From Mobula hypostoma (taxonomy: Eukaryota): a DNA stretch of 64,000 bases. The stretch is taken from NCBI RefSeq assembly GCF_963921235.1, contig NC_086108.1, forward strand, positions 30,506,001 to 30,570,000, written 5' to 3'. The notes under the pieces were generated by a model that did no database searches, was not told the DNA's origin, and saw only the letters and a list, made by a program, of their open reading frames with translations. The position numbers were made by a program, and so were the translations under genes. This document shows, piece after piece, positions 1 to 12,299 of this stretch (the first letter of the stretch is position 1; each line of letters opens with the position of its first letter).

Positions 1-165
1 TAAATAAAGCTTGATGGATTCTTGATTGGACGTGGCATCATAGGTTACAGGGAGAAGGTCAGGAAGTGGAGGTGAGGAGGGGAAAAAGGATCAACTATGA
101 TTGAATGGTAGAGCAGACTGAATGGGCCAAATAGTCCAATTCTGCTCCTATGTCTTATAGTCTTA
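1..165 (+). mobile_element. CR1 LINE 3' end fragment
   Basis: 3' UTR motifs GAATGG..GAGCAGACT..ATGGGCCAAAT..AATTCTGCTCCTAT and TCTTA-type tail; matches the CR1 tail at 20600-20716. Confidence 0.8.
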
Positions 166-654
166 AAATATAGCTCTACTGTGAATCAACACAGACATTA
201 CTCCAAATAGTATGCTTAAAATTATGCTAGAAATGATATCTGGGCACTGTTCAATAGTTAGCATAATTTGGGTAAGCTGAACACCTAAAATACGGCACTA
301 AAGTAGTCAAATTTCTTATATCAAGAAGTACCTACCTTATTAATAATTAGTGTTAACTAACTCAGACATATGCACTAACTGGTAAAGGTCTGCTAATTCT
401 TATTTGTCTGTGTAACACCATCTGTCGGGGCTTTGCACAGATAAATTTCTTGGCAACCAAATGATAGAAATTGGGGAAGGCAGCCACACGGTTTATCTGC
501 CTCATTATTCCAGCTGTAAGAACACCACAGACTGGCCTTGCAAATGCTAAACAAGATAAGGTCCAACGTAAACTTTTCACTGTGTGAAAAGGCACCCAGG
601 AAAGTGGAAGTTAGGAGAAAACACACCAATCCTCACTGAGGGGTCAGTGGTAAA

Positions 655-1228
655 AAACAGCGTCATGTTCCTCAGCCCAACATATTGGTGCTTTTTGAAG
701 AATGCACACCAGTGTTTCTACTTCATTAGGAGTTTGAGGAGATTTGATATGTTGTCGAAGACTCTTGAAAATTTCAATATGTGTATGATGGAGAGCATTC
801 TGCTTGGCTGCATCACAGCCTGGTAAGGAGCCTGCAATGCACAGGATCACAAGAAGTTGCAGGAACTTGTGGATTCAGCCAGCTCCATCAAAAGCACATC
901 CCTCCCCACGATCAGGGACATCTTCAAGACGTGGTGCCTCAAGAAGGCTGCATCCATCACTACAGAGGACAGCCCTCTTGTTACAACACTGGGGAGGAGG
1001 TGCCGGAGACTGAAGACCAATGTAAAATGATTCAGGAACAGCTTCTTCCCCTCTGTCATTAGATTTCTGAATGGACCATGACGTCATGAGCACCAACTTG
1101 TTAATCCTTTTTTTTTTGCACCTTTTATTTATTTTGTTATTTATAGCAATTTTGTATCTTTGCACTGTATTGCTACCTCAATACTACAAATTACAGCTCA
1201 TAAAATCTTTGATAATAAACCTATTCTA
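655..1228 (+). mobile_element. Decayed Rex1/Babar-type LINE 3' fragment
   Basis: Peptide remnants YFIRSLRRF..ESILLGCITAW resemble the C-terminal ORF at 40535-41054; ends GATAATAAAC. Confidence 0.7.
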
Positions 1229-1543
1229 TTTAAGAGGAATCACCATGCCATCCATTCCACTCCTCTATGCAACTCGAAAAGCACCTTAAGAACTTGTATT
1301 AAAGTATTATAATTAGAAGAGTGAGAATGAGGGTGTAGTGGGGGAGGGTCACAGCTACCCCTCATTAAGGGTTGGTAAAGGGGAGTGCTTGATGATGACT
1401 TTATGTACTGATAATGCCATGGGAGCCAAAGTGTATTGCTTAATGCACTCCTTTGCAATGTTCCACAGGAGTGAAGTCTTTCCCTGATTCATGATGTGTC
1501 AGTTGCATTAGAATCACAAAGCTAATTTATAAGAAAATACAAA

Positions 1544-1776
1544 GGGGAGGGAGGGAGGGAACGTCGACTCAGACCATGAGAGGCCTGCGTCGGGCATTTT
1601 CATGCTTTACAAGGCGCAGATTGGAGGTCTGTGTGGGGTGCCACTCCTCGAACAGACTAGAGCAATGTGTGGTTAAGTGCCTTGCTCAAGGGCACAAACA
1701 GGCTGCCAAAGTTGAGGCTCGAACTAGCGACCTTGAGATAACCAGACGAACGCCTTAACCACTTGGCCACATGCCC
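1544..1776 (-). mobile_element. tRNA-derived SINE with CORE-like body
   Basis: Minus strand A box TGGCCAAGTGG, B box GTTCGAGCC, CORE-like TGTGCCCTTGAGCAAGGCACTTAACC, (CCCT)n tail; possible TSD ACAAAG (1539-1544/1778-1783). Confidence 0.8.
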
Positions 1777-2687
1777 AACAAAGATCCCAGTTAATTTTTT
1801 GCAAGTGGTGCAAAGTGTTTGGAAATGGTAATTTTTACATTTCAGTCCAAAAAAACATGTTTTTATTTGCATAATACTGATATAAATAGTACACTTCCAC
1901 CTTACGGAAATCTAATTGCACCCAGAATATCTCTACTTTAAAAGTCCAACATTTCTTTTTTTCTGGGCTCGGATATAATTTTTCTGTTTTATTTGCTTCA
2001 TCCCTCTTCATAGCTCTTTTAAACATAATTATATTATGATTATTATTGTACAGAATCTCTAACAGATATCATAATTAATCCCCTGAAGCCTTAAACATGC
2101 TTAATTCCTTATTACAGAATGACATAGATTGATTTCGCCCCTGTGCACATTTTAGGAATTTGTCATCTTTTTCTTTTCAGAAGTTCTGCTTTTCTAATCC
2201 ATGATTAGGTTAATTGAAGGCCCTTGCAACTCTGTTTGAAACTCTGTGGTGAACTTTGAGCAATAAAGAAGCTACTTATTAATTCTACTCAAATAATTTG
2301 AATTTTGAACACCATGGAACAATATACTTCTGCAAAACCTTACTACTTCTGATCAATATTCCACTCCTTCATTTCTTTTTCAATTCACAATTTTTCTGTG
2401 TGTAATTTAGATTCCATTTCCATATAGGTTTTAAGGTGTTCTAACCTGCAGATCATTCATCGTGTGTTTGTGATTCACGAGCTGATTTGTGGCACACTCT
2501 GGTGTATATTGCAACACTTGTTTAGTAATATTTCCTGTAACTTGTACATCAGTCAGTTGCTAAGTCACCACCAACATTTTTATGTGGTCTCTTTCTGACA
2601 GTGTTCTTTATTTTTTTATTTTGTAACGATGATATGTGATACAGAAGACCAATGTTCAGAAAATTCTCATGACTACCTCACAAGAAA

Positions 2688-2890
2688 GCTGGTTGATGGT
2701 GTAGTGGCATCAGCACCAGACTTCAGGACCATTGGTCCTGGGTTCAGATCTGGCTGGCTCCTTTCACGTTTTCCATCTGTGCTGGGTTCAGTGCTGAGCT
2801 AGCAACTTGGCCTTGTAAAAAACAGGCAAATGCTCAAGAAGTGGCAAAAAATATTGCCCGATACACCACAAGGCATGAAAAGGAATAAAA
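2688..2890 (+). mobile_element. tRNA-derived SINE (older copy)
   Basis: A box TGGTGTAGTGG, degenerate B box GGTTCAGATC, body TTTCCATCTGTGCTGGGTT..GCAACTTGGCCTTGTAAAA shared with 3784 SINE. Confidence 0.7.
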
Positions 2891-3074
2891 GCCACCCAAG
2901 AAGCCAATTTAAATCATCAGTGAAAAAGTTGTCACCAGACAATTTTTGTCAAGTATGATATATAGTGTTATAGACCTATAGCATGGAAAGATCACCAAAC
3001 TCCTACAGAAATCCTATCTTTATTTTGTTCTCCTACATTCTCATCAACTTCTCGCTAATGCAATCATTCGCCAA

Positions 3075-3258
3075 CACCCTATGGACAGTTTACAGGAGCC
3101 AGTTAACCTGAGGACATGGAGAGGAAACCAGAGCACTCAGTTGAAACCCGTGCAGTCATGGGAAGAGCTTGCAAACGCCACATGAGAAGGATCTGATGAA
3201 TGGAATGAACTTGGGTCTCTGGCACGGTGGGGCAGTGCATCTAACGGCTGCATTGCCC
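3075..3258 (-). mobile_element. V-SINE-like (HE1/MER6-type) remnant
   Basis: GAGGAAACCAGAGCAC..GAAACCCGTGCAGTCATGGGAAGAGCTTGCAAACGCCACA resembles the reverse complement of the V-domain, followed by a degenerate tRNA head. Confidence 0.65.
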
Positions 3259-3783
3259 AGATGCTGCTGGTTGACGATGTTCCTGCTTTGGTGCAATCAG
3301 CTTGTGTACTGCCCATCAAATTTCCTGCACTCTCTTCCTGCTTCCACACTGAACAGCTGAGCTGCAGTCACCACACGATGATAATGGAACTCGATGAGAG
3401 CATTAGAATTTGCACATATGAACACCTATTCCAAGATGTAAATATTTTTTAAAGAGTAATTGGAACCTATCAAGTCCTTTTCCACTAATAAAATATGAAG
3501 GCTAAGCTTATCAAAACTGGAAGTCAGCCAGGTTTTAATTACGCACGGAGCTGTGAATCAGGGTTTTGCATTTGTAACTCCAACCTTCCAAAGCCATATC
3601 ACTTCATTCTCTTGCTTTAAGTTGCTGCTTAAAGACTACTTTCCTGACCAAGCTTTTGACATAATGCCTCAATTCCCCTTTAACCCCTCCTCCAGTTATA
3701 TGTTTTGTTACCAGGTGGGAACTCAGCAAGCCAAGTATCAACTGTGGGAATGTTTTGGGTCAGGGATTGAAAACTGCAAACCT

Positions 3784-4086
3784 ACTGGCTGGTGGTGCAA
3801 CGACATTGGCGCCGGACCCGGGAGCGGAGGTTCTCAGGTTCGAAACCAGTCCGGTCCGCTCCCGAGTACGCTTTCCATCCGTGCCGAGTTGAGTGTCGAG
3901 ATCGCAACTCGACCTTGTAAAATAAAAGGAAAAATACTGCGAAAATATCTGTGTCAGGAGTGGCGTGTCACACAGTCTCTCTCTTGCTCTGCGCCTTGTA
4001 AAAGCCATGAAAAAGACATCATCACGGACGCACACGCAGACACACATTAACAGACTCGCATGCATGCAGGCACATGCAAAAAAAAA
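3784..4086 (+). mobile_element. tRNA-derived SINE, full length with poly(A)
   Basis: B box GGTTCGAAACC, A-tail, imperfect TSD GAAAACTG(C/A)AAACC at 3769 and 4087; second copy at 10686-11006. Confidence 0.85.
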
Positions 4087-4185
4087 GAAAACTGAAAACC
4101 CTCCACTGTTCCTCCAGTTCTGAGGAAGGACCAATCTATATCAGGAGAGAATTATTTCTTCCTTAGTTTGCTTAGTTTGCTGGCA

Positions 4186-4628
4186 CAGGAAAGCAGCATC
4201 CATCATCAGAGATCTTCACCACCCTGGTCATGCTCTCTTCTTGCTGCTGCCATCAGGTAGAAGGTACAGGAGCCTCAGGACTCACAGCAGTCGGTCCAAG
4301 AACAGTTACTACCTCTCAACCATCAGACTCTTGAAAAGAAGGGGTTAACTGCAATCACTTGCCCCAGCATTGAAATGCTCCTATAACCAAAGATCTCACT
4401 TTAAGAACTCTATTATTATCTCATGTTCTTGGTATTTATTGCTATTTATTTATAGTTGCATAGTTTTTTGGCTTTTACACTTTGGTTGATCTTTCATTGA
4501 TCCTGTTATCGTTACTGTTCTACAGATTTGCTGAGAATGCCCAGAGACAAGTGAATCTCAGGGTTGTATATGGTGACATATATGTACTGTACATACTTCG
4601 ATCAAATTTACTTTTAACTTTTGAACTT
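4186..4628 (+). mobile_element. Rex1/Babar-type LINE 3' end
   Basis: HPGHALFLLLPSGRRYRSL-type C-terminus, 3' UTR GAATCTCAGGGTTGTATATGG and ACTTTT-type tail. Confidence 0.75.
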
Positions 4629-4879
4629 TTTAATTGGAAGGCACTGGATGTTAGTAGTTTCTGATCATGTTGTAGAGACATAGAATCATACAATATTGAA
4701 ACAGGCCCTTCCAGCCAAGTCTGCACTGGCCATCGACCATCCATTAATAATAAATCTACACTAACCCAACTTTACTCTATCCACATTCCCATCACCCTCC
4801 CCAGATTCTGCCACTTATTTACATACTAGGGACAATTCACAGTGACCAGTTAACCTTTCAGCCTTCCCACATCAAATGA

Positions 4880-5888
4880 TGATGCAGGCTGTTGGAATGC
4901 TCTCCACAGTAGATCTGTAGAAATGTGTGAGTGTCTTTGGTGACATTCCAACTCTCCTCAAACTCCGAATGAAATATAGCTGCTGTCGTGCCTTCTTTGT
5001 AGCTGCATCAATACATTGGGGTCATGACAGATCTTCAGAGATATTGACACCCAGGAACTTGAAATTGCTCACTCCTTCCACTTCTGCGTCCTCGATGAGG
5101 ACTGGTGTGTGTTTCCTCATCTTACCTCGTCTGAGGTCCACAAACAGTGGTCTTACTGACGTTGAGGGCAAGGTTGTTGCAGCATCACTCAACTAGCTGA
5201 TATATCTTGTTCCTGTACACCCTCTTGTCACCATGTGAATTTCTGTCAACGACAGTTGTGTCATCAGCAAACTTACAGATGGTATTTAAGCTATGCCTAG
5301 CCACACAGTCATGGGTGTAGAGACAGTAGAGCAGTGCGCTAAGCACACACCCCTGAGGTGCGTTACTGTTATTGTCAGGCACAGATTATAGTCTTCAGAT
5401 TAGGAAGTCGAGGATCCAGTTGCAGAGGGAGGTACAAAGGCCCAGGTTTTGGGGTTTTTCGATCAGAACTGTAGGAATGATGGTGATAAACACTGAGCTG
5501 TTGTCAATAAACAGCATACTGATATAGATTTGTATTTTTCAGGTGATCCAAGGCTGCGTGAAGAGCCAATGAGATCACATCCACAGTAGACCTACTATGG
5601 TGATAGGCAAATTTCAGTGGGTCCAGGCCCTTGCTGAGACAGGAATAAATTCTAGCCATAGCCAACCTCTCAAAGCACTTCATCACTGTAGATGTGAGTG
5701 CTACAGGATGATAGTCCTCAAGGAGGCTCACCCAGCTGTTCTTGGGCACTGGTATAATTGTTGGCCTTTTAGAGCAGGTGGGAACTTCTGACTGTACCAA
5801 TGAGAGATTGAAAATGTCTTTGAACACACCTGCCAGTAGTTTGGCACAGATTTTCAGTGCCCTACCAGGTACTCTGTCAGGGTCTGTC
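4880..5888 (-). mobile_element. Rex1/Babar-type LINE RT fragment (decayed)
   Basis: ORFs 5504-5902 (YHPVALTSTVMKCFERL) and 5185-5382 (PQGCVLS, KFADDTTVV). Confidence 0.85.
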
Positions 5889-6092
5889 ACCTCCTCTATC
5901 ATTTTGGGGATTTTTAACCAGGCCAGCTTGAAAAAGTCTCTAAGTAATTATTACCAACAAATCACTTACAGTACCAGAGGAATCAACACACTGGACCACT
6001 ATTACACTACCACCAAGAGTGCTTTCTGTGCTACCCATGCTCACGCTTTAGAAAACCTGATCACCTGGCTGCACTCCTTCTCCCTGAGTATA
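5889..6092 (+). mobile_element. Inverted APE-endonuclease piece of a Rex-type LINE
   Basis: IILG(D)FNQASLKK..TRGINTLDHYYTT on the strand opposite the adjacent RT fragment. Confidence 0.7.
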
Positions 6093-6164
6093 ACCACAGA
6101 ACTGAGCAAATGCAAGGGAAGGAACAATTAGGCTAGGGATCCTGATAAACTTTTCAAAACCAAG

Positions 6165-6535
6165 GTTGAGTTTATTGACATATGCTTGAGTATATGTATG
6201 CACAGGTGCAATGAAAGAAACCTTATCTGCTTCAGGGTCTCAGGCATACGGCATCAAATATATAAGACCATACAATTTTTACAAGAAAGAACAGAAAAAA
6301 GGGAAACAAAGTCCATGCTATTGCAGAGTGGACAAGGTATTGGTATACTGAGATAGTGATTAGGGTTGTGCAAGTTGATTCAAGAAGCAGATGGTCGAAA
6401 GGATATAGCTGTTCTCGCACCTGGTGGTGTGATGCTTCAGGCTTCTGTACCTTCTGCCTGATGGTAGTTGTGAAAAGATGGCGTGACCTGGATGTTGGGG
6501 ATCTTTGATGAAAGATGCTGCCTTCTTGAGACAGT
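6165..6535 (-). mobile_element. Rex-type LINE 3' end remnant
   Basis: Reverse complement of CCATCAGGCAGAAGGTACAGAAGCCTGA..CACCAGG tail motif also seen at 4250. Confidence 0.65.
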
Positions 6536-7099
6536 ACTAAACTGTTCACAGTGTTTTGAACCAGCTAATCAGAACACGACGTCTAATCACTATCCATTTG
6601 TACCCCAGAGGAGTATACAAGCCAGCATTCTGAGGAGACAACACCCTCAACTACACACTAATGATGGCTTCTTGATTGGAGCCAAAACATCTGCAAACAT
6701 TTTGCTAAGCTCAGCGATTTGCCACACTTCCAAATAGCTAAATTGAGCTATAAATATTCTGCAATATTATGGACAGTGCCTCATGCTAAAACTATTGTTG
6801 GCTGGGAGGGATGTGTCTGTGATGCAGTGAAGTGAGTGCATTACTTTCTGAAGCTTCTTGAGTGTCTGAGTATTCAGACTGACAATTTTCAACAGTACAT
6901 CTGTAGAAGTTTGTTAGAGGGTTCAGTGATAAGTCAAACCTCCCTAATAGTGTGGGAAAGAAAACTTGTTAGTACTCTTTTGTTATGATTATGTTTATAG
7001 GTTTGGCATAGGACAGATCATTTGATATGCCAACACCCAAGCTCCTGATTCTCTGACGATAAGGTGTCTCCTTCCGAACACCTACCGTCCCACGACATA

Positions 7100-7311
7100 A
7101 ACACAAGGAATTCTGCAGATGCTGGAAATTCAAGCAACACACATCAAATTTGCTGGTGAATGCAGCAGGCCAGGCAGCATCTCTAGGAAGAGGTACAGTC
7201 GACGTTTCGGGCTGAGTCCTGACAAAGGGTCTTGGACCGAAACATCGACTGTACCTCTTCCTAGAGATGCTGCCTGGCCTGCTGTGTTCACCAGCAACTT
7301 TGATGTGTGTT
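7100..7311. mobile_element. Palindromic Penelope-terminus-derived short element with decayed minimal hammerhead motif
   Basis: About 75-bp inverted arms (7136-7211/7237-7311); centre AGTC-CTGACAA-AG-GGTCttgGACC-GAAACATC-GACT. Confidence 0.75.
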
Positions 7312-7767
7312 ACCTACAGTCCCAGCTGAGATCAGCAAATCCAGCAACAACCCTGTATCAACTCATGTGTTTACTATCCCAAAGCATTACCCTGACTCAA
7401 GGGGATGGATTTAGTTGCCAGACTTTAAACTGTGTATACTGATTCTTCAGATAGCAAACTTGCAGAAAATAAATCTTTAAAATTTCTGGAGATGACGTGC
7501 ACTAACTTTGACTTTGGTCAGAATGAATGGTGATTTGCAGTCCATTCATTTGACGTCCCTGCAAAATTAAATTGGATGCAGTGAGCTTTTTAGATTTCAG
7601 ATTATACTGTATAAGTTAAGAAATCTATTTTCCAAACATCTGCTATTAAGAACACAGTTATTTTAAAAAGGGGGATGTTTGTAGAAAAAATACCTGTAGT
7701 CCAACCGTTGCCGATTTTTCCCTGAACATGTTTCATATTTAAAATAAAGATTAGCACTGGGTGAATG

Positions 7768-10036
7768 TTAGATTAGATTATGAGGACACGCAGTCCTCTT
7801 TTATTGTCATTTAGTAATGCATGCATTAAGAAATAGTCATAGTCATAGTCATACTTTATTGATCCCAGGGGAAATTAGTTTTTGTTTCAGTTGCACCATA
7901 AATAATTAAATAGTAATAAAACCATAAATAGTTAAATAGTAATATGTAAATTATGCCAGGAAATAAGTCCAGGACCAGCCTATCGGCTCAGGATGTCTGA
8001 CCCTCCAAGGGATGAGTTGTAAAGTTTGATGGCCACAGGCAGGAATGACTTCCTATGATGCTCTGTGCTGCATCTCGGAGGAATGAGTCTCTGGCTGAAT
8101 GTACTCCTGTGCCTAGCCAGTATATTATGTAGTGGATGGGAGACATTGTCCAAGATGGCATGCAACCTAGACAGCATCCTCTTTTCAGACACCACCGTGA
8201 GAGAGTCCAGTTCCATCCCCACAACATCACTGGCCTTACAAATGAGTTTGTTGATTCTGTTGGTGTCTGCTACCCTCAGCCTGCTGCCCCAGCACACCAC
8301 AGCAAACATGATAGCACTGGCCACCACAGACTCGTAGAACATCCTCAGCATCGTCTGGCAGATGTTAATGGACCTCAATCTCCTCAGGAAATAGAGACGG
8401 CTATGACCCTTCTTGTAGACAGCCTCAGTGTTCTTTGACCGGTCCAGTTTATTGTCAATTCGTATCCTCAGGTATTTGTAATCCTCCACCATGTCCACAC
8501 TGACCCCCTGGATGGAAACAGGTGTCACCGGTACCTTAGCTCTCCTCAGGTCTACCACCAGCTCCTTAGTCTTTTTCACATTAAGCTGCAGATAATTCTA
8601 CTCACACCATGTGACAAAGTTTCCTACCGTAGCCCTGTACCCAGCCTCATCTCCCTTGCTGATGCATTCAACTATGGCAGAGTCATCAGAAAACTTCTGA
8701 AGATGACAAGACTCTGTGCAGTAGTTGAAGTCCGAGGTGTAAATGGTGAAGAGAAAGGGAGACAAGACAGTCCCCTGTGGAACCCCAGTGCTGCTGATCA
8801 CTCTGTCGGACACACAGTGTTGCAAGCACACGTACTGTGGTCTGCCAGTCAGGTAATCAAGAATCCATGACACCAGGGAAGCATCCACCTGCATCGCTGT
8901 CAGCTTCTCCCCCAGCAGAGCAGGGTGGATGGTGTTGAATGCACTGGAGAAGTCAAAAAACGTGACCCTCACAGTGCTCCCTGGCTTGTCCAGGTGGGCG
9001 TAGACACAGTTCAGCAGGTAGACAATGGCATCCTCAACTCCTAATCGTGGCTGGTAGGCGAACTGGAGGGGATCTAAGTGTGGCCTGATCATAGGCCGGA
9101 GCAGCTCCAGAACAAGTCTGTCCGTGGTCTTCATGATGTAGGAGGTCAATGTCACCTGTCTGTAGTCATTGAGGCCGCTGGGGCGTGGCGTCTTCGGCAC
9201 AAGGACGAGGCAGGACGTCTTCCACTGCACGGGAACCCTCCGGAGCCTCAGGCTCAGGTTGAAGACATGGCGAAGTACTCCACATAGCTGAGGGGCACAG
9301 GCTTTGAGCACCCTGGTACTGACACCATCTGGTCCTGCAGCCTTGCTTGGGTTGAGACATTTCAGCTGTCTTCTCATCTGTTCAGCTGTGAAGCCTACCG
9401 TGGTGGTTTCATTTTATCATTTTATCATAAAATGATACAATTTATTCCTCCAGAATGATATCACAGAAACACAAGACAAACCAAGACTAAAAAAACTGAC
9501 AAAAAACACATAATTATAACATATAGTTACAACAGTGCAAAGCAATACCATAATTTGATGAAGACAGACCATGGGCACGTTAAAAAAAGTCTCAAAGTCT
9601 CTCGAAAGTCCCATCATCTCACGCAGACGGTAGACTCTCCCTGTCATGAGCTTCCAGCGCCGCAAACTTGCCGATGCAGCGTCCTGGAAGCACCCCGACC
9701 ACAGTCCGACTCTAAGTCTGTCCGAAAAACTTGAGCCTCTGACCAGCTCTCCAACAGCGAGCACCGAACACCATCTCTGCCGAGCGCTTTGACTCCGGCC
9801 CTGACCCCGGCAACAGGCAATAGGCAAAGCCAAGGATTTGGGGCCTTCCCCTCTGGAGATTCTCGATCGCACAGTAACAGCGGCAGTGAAGCAGGCATTT
9901 CAGAAGTTTCTCCAGATGTTCCTCCGTGCTTCTTCACGTCTGTCTCCATCAAATCAGGATTGTGCACGGCATCCTACTTCACAAATACGATATCATTCAG
10001 AGTGGCTGCGTGCGCTGCATCGTGCCGCCATCTTCT
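7768..10036 (-). mobile_element. Non-coding non-autonomous retroposon, split by a Rex LINE
   Basis: Minus-strand 5' end AAGATGGCGGC near 10032, 3' end with AATAAA and (TAATC)n at 7768-7806; body resumes at 9429; 5' part recurs at 15443. Confidence 0.7.
7834..9412 (-). mobile_element. Young 5'-truncated Rex1/Babar LINE with (CTATGA)n tail
   Basis: ORFs 8598-9377 ([23 protein letters not shown]) and 7980-8579; near-identical copies at 26977, 45422, 45732. Confidence 0.93.
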
Positions 10037-10166
10037 CCTCTCCTCCCCTATGTAGTTTGTACTGGATATTCAGATTGCAAACAATTCTTCTGCCTAAAGA
10101 ATGCATCATCTATGAAAAATTATGTATAAAACTCAATTTCAATCAGCCTACAAATCTGTCTACGAT

Positions 10167-10362
10167 CACTGTCCTTTCTAAGTTGTGCAGTCTAGTAACA
10201 GAAATGCACCCGCGCACATAGTCTCTGTTGCCACACAGCTGGAATTTTCTTTCATATAATGTTTTATTAAAGTGCCACACAGTTTTCAGGCCACGTAAAA
10301 AAATTCCTGCTCAGAGTGATGGTTGGTCTGCACAGCTGTAAAAAAAATATAGGGAATGTGTG
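10167..10362. mobile_element. Possible degenerate hAT-type MITE
   Basis: Ends CACTGTCCTTTCTAAGTTGTGC / GCACAGCT..ATAGGGAATGTG resemble CAGTGTTCCCTCTAA-type TIRs; degenerate. Confidence 0.4.
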
Positions 10363-10664
10363 GCAATGTATAGGGAAATATAGGGAACTTACAAAACTGA
10401 CGTCCAATTGTGCTGAAGGTTTTGCAAATTATCATGCTGTTATAATTCCTCAAAACCTTTCTTTAATTGTCTTGAGTTGTTCCTGAAAATCCCTACTCTA
10501 CCTGAGAGGCATCTTGATGAAATTCTTAATAACTAGGCCGACTGATTAATGGAGCTTCACAAATCCAATCACCTTAGCTATATTTTATTTGTTCACTCAA
10601 TGTGGACATTATGGCAATGGGAGAATTAATTCCCTCAAAATGTCCCTGGATGCAGTTAAGTCAA

Positions 10665-11445
10665 TCAAAGATTCAAAGGGCATTTTTTTTTTTGGCGTGT
10701 GCCTGCATGCGTGCGAGTCTGTGTGTGTGTGTCTGCATGTCCGTGCATGCGTCCGTGATGATGGATTTTTCATGGCTTTTTACGAGGTGCGGAGCGAGAG
10801 AGAGAGAGAGAGACTGTGTGACACGCCACTCCTCACATAGACATTTTCGCAGTATTTTCCCTTTATTTTACGAGGTCAAGTTGTGATCTTGACACTCAAC
10901 CCCGGCACGGATGGAAAGCGTACTCGGGGGCGGACCTGACTAGTTTCGAACCCGGGAACCTCTGCTTCCGTTGTCTGGCGCCGATGTCATTGCACCACCA
11001 GCCGGCTCAAAGGGCATTTGTTATCAAATAATATATATAAATTATACAACCTTGAGATTTGTTTGCTTACAGGCATTCCGCAAAGGAAGGAACCTGAAAT
11101 AACCCAATTAAAAAAAAGACCAACCCCCAAAGTCCACAGAGAAAGAGAAAAAAATCAAAATACGTCATGCAAGCAATAGAAATGAGCATCAACAGCATTC
11201 CAAACCAAACTGAGTCCTTGTATCCAAATCCCTGGTGCAGCCCAGAGTAGGTTCAATGCCTCTGTATTCAGATCATCATGTTAACCGAGAAATCACCGCA
11301 AAGTTTGCAAACACAAAACACAGCGGCCAGGGGCAGTCTTGCAGCCTTGGAGTCAAGGAGAGAGGAGCCCAAGATTATCTGGGCTGGTGTTTAAATTGTC
11401 CGAACCTCACACTAGGACCGGGGCCCCATTGCGACGAATCCTTCT
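10665..11445 (-). mobile_element. Non-coding retroposon (second family), SINE inserted in its tail
   Basis: TTATCAAA..TAAATTATACA.CCTTGAGATTTGTTTG, CCAAA.TGA.TCCTT and GTTTAAATTG blocks shared with 57215-57940. Confidence 0.65.
10686..11006 (-). mobile_element. tRNA-derived SINE, full length
   Basis: Same family as 3784; exact 13-bp TSD TCAAAGGGCATTT at 10673-10685 and 11007-11019. Confidence 0.9.
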
Positions 11446-12299
11446 AGGCCTAGAAAACAATAACATATTTGCATAGATTAGACAGGGTAAGGATACAAAG
11501 CCAATCTCTGCAAGTTTTCTGGGGGAGAGGAAGGTCGAATGTTCGCAAGTCTATGAGTTCTCTGGAGGCTGGAGGCTGGAAGCTGAAGGCAGCCTGGCCT
11601 GGTGTTAAAGGACTGTGTGCATGCATGAGTGTATGGGAGGGAGGAACGGGGCTTGTTTTGTTGTTGTTGTATCGCCACTTCTTGTGTTCTGTCAAGGCAC
11701 ACTACATTGGCACTATAACATGTGGTAACACTTGCAAGTAGACCTCAACACATCACTAGGTGGGTGTTGGTCAATAATGCAAACGAATTTCACTGTATGT
11801 TTCAATGCACATATGATAAATAAATCTGAATCTGAAGCTTGGTTTATTATTGGTTTGCTATCATTTCATGTACCAAGATACAATGAAAAGCTTCTGTTTG
11901 TGTGCTGTCCACACAGATCAAACCATACAGAAATATATTGAGTTAGTAAAAAGAAGGGAAAAAGCAAAATGCAGAATACAGTGTTGCAGTTACAGAGGAA
12001 GGGCAATGAGGGGAGATAAATAAAGGACAAGGACCATGACAGACAGCAAGGGATCATTTTTGTTAGTGTATGAGGGGTTTGTTTAGTTATCCGGTAACAG
12101 TGGGATAAAAGCTGTCCTTGAGCCTGGTGGTTCATATGCTCAAACTTTTGTCTCTTCTGCATCATGTGACTAGAGGAGAAGAGCTTGATAAATTATTCTA
12201 AAATTCTGCATAATATTTAAATTCAGTTTGATACCACATTGAATCAAACCTTTAGATGTATATCCATAAACTTAACCACAGAGTAGCTTTCTTCCACAT

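Noticed and set aside
1700..11006. tRNA-like A/B boxes as tRNA genes
   Set aside because: They are SINE heads followed by bodies, tails and TSDs
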